Source of the DNA: Gemmatimonadaceae bacterium
Lineage (GTDB): Bacteria > Gemmatimonadota > Gemmatimonadetes > Gemmatimonadales > Gemmatimonadaceae
Reading direction: 5' to 3'
NCBI GenBank assembly: GCA_033763905.1
Contig: JANRJP010000044.1
Location: 1 to 64,000 of the forward strand
Length of the DNA: 64,000 bases
A program made the position numbers and the translations under genes. This document shows, piece after piece, positions 62,788-64,000 of the stretch. The notes below the pieces were generated by a model that was not told the DNA's origin, searched no databases, and saw nothing but the letters and a program-made list of their open reading frames with translations. Each line of letters starts with the position of its first letter. Position 1 is the stretch's first letter.

Positions 62788-64000
62788 TTACCGATCGCTG
62801 AGGAGCCGCGCGACGTCGAGTCGTCCGGCCCCGTACGTGGAAGTGAACGACTTGCCGCGCATCGCGGGGAGCCGCGTCGCGGTGCGCATCAGGCGACGCT
62901 TGACCTCGGCCGGCGACATCGGGCCGCGGGTGGCGAGCAGCATCGCCACCGCCGCCGTGACCTGCGGGCAGGCCATCGACGTGCCGGGCCATGCATCGAA
63001 GCGCCGGTTGCGTTCGAGCGGATTCGGGCCGGCCGAGCGGCGCCCGGTGTGCGTAGCCGCGAATCCGAACTCGCCAGCCTCGAGCGGCAGCGTCGACCAG
63101 ATATCCTCGCCGGGCGCGACGAGCGCGATATGCGGCCCGGTACACGAGAAGTCGGCGATCCGCCCCGATTCCCCAACCGCGCCCACCGCAATGACACCGG
63201 GGACCGCCGCCGGAAACGACTCGCGGTCCCGATGCTGCTGCGCGTTTCCCATCGCCGCGACCAGCACGGTGCCGCGGGCCAGCAGCGCCTCGAACAGCGC
63301 CCGTTCGTGGGGATCCGGCGACGCATTGCCGCCCAGACTCATATTCACGACGTGCGCGCGGGCATCGAGACAAAGCTGCAGTGCCGCCCGGTACGCCACG
63401 GGATCGACGAAGAACAGCCGGTACGTCTTGCCGTCGCTGTGCACCGGAAACGTGTCGGATCCGAAGATCTTGTACACCGTCAGATCACAGCGGCACATCC
63501 CGCGAACCCCAAGGTCGTTGTCCGCCGCGGCGATGATGCCACTGACGTGCGTCCCGTGTCCGACGACGTCGTCGGCCGCCGAATGCCACGACCCGAGCCG
63601 GTGCACGTACTGCGACACGCGATGGCGCAACGCGGGATGGCGGAGGTCCACGCCGGTGTCGAGCACGGCGACGCGCACCCGCCTCGGCTCCCGAAACCGC
63701 GGCAAGGCCCTCGCCTCCTCCAGACGCACCGCGCCGTGATGCCACATCCGGAGCGCAGGCATCAGGGGATCGTGGTGCGCCGCCAGATGGCGCATCGGCA
63801 CCCGGGCCGCCCATTCCACGTGCGGATCCGACGACAGCGCGTCATGCAACGCCGCGGTGTGACGCCCGTGTCGCAGCCGTACGATGACGGTCCCGGTGTG
63901 CGGCCGCGCGGGATCGTGATGCCGCCCCGCCCGTGCGAGGGCGGTCGCCACGGGGTGCAATCCGTGGCCGCGCGGCGAGCCATCCATCACGTGGACGCCC
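62788..64000 (-). CDS. Subtilisin-like S8 serine protease (5' end probably beyond window)
   Basis: Triad motifs VAVLDTG, GHGTHVSG and GTSMACP, plus NMSLG and AAMGN. The frame stays open to the window edge. Confidence 0.92.
   Translation of the reverse strand, partial: GVHVMDGSPRGHGLHPVATALARAGRHHDPARPHTGTVIVRLRHGRHTAALHDALSSDPHVEWAARVPMRHLAAHHDPLMPALRMWHHGAVRLEEARALPRFREPRRVRVAVLDTGVDLRHPALRHRVSQYVHRLGSWHSAADDVVGHGTHVSGIIAAADNDLGVRGMCRCDLTVYKIFGSDTFPVHSDGKTYRLFFVDPVAYRAALQLCLDARAHVVNMSLGGNASPDPHERALFEALLARGTVLVAAMGNAQQHRDRESFPAAVPGVIAVGAVGESGRIADFSCTGPHIALVAPGEDIWSTLPLEAGEFGFAATHTGRRSAGPNPLERNRRFDAWPGTSMACPQVTAAVAMLLATRGPMSPAEVKRRLMRTATRLPAMRGKSFTSTYGAGRLDVARLLSDR

Overview
This is a gene-dense, very GC-rich bacterial chromosomal segment. 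Its gene content (Hanks kinase-TolB-like-TPR receptors, many lipoproteins) suggests Gemmatimonadota, which is an inference. From left to right it holds: a REP-like palindrome pair; katG with a divergent oxyR and an OxyR box; a GMC dehydrogenase pair, ABC permease and nitrilase; a ~13.5 kb same-strand cluster joining glycogen synthase and a GH57-like gene to six amide-bond ligases (three ATP-grasp, one circularly permuted ATP-grasp-like, two GCS2/YbdK), two esterases and a gamma-glutamyl hydrolase; an SmtB-type repressor with a His-rich metal-binding protein; an 11-gene type II secretion cluster followed by Tat-exported DUF1800/DUF1501 genes; an MCP, icd and an SSS transporter. The most striking item is at the right end: a YcaO gene and a SagB-type dehydrogenase gene enclose a 59-aa histone-H1-like Lys-rich peptide with a Ser/Thr-bearing tail, facing a flavin amine oxidase and an S8 protease. 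This is a candidate azol(in)e-type RiPP or protein-modification system with a histone-like precursor. No rRNA, tRNA, CRISPR array or transposase was recognised. All family calls come from motif recognition by eye, not from database searches.
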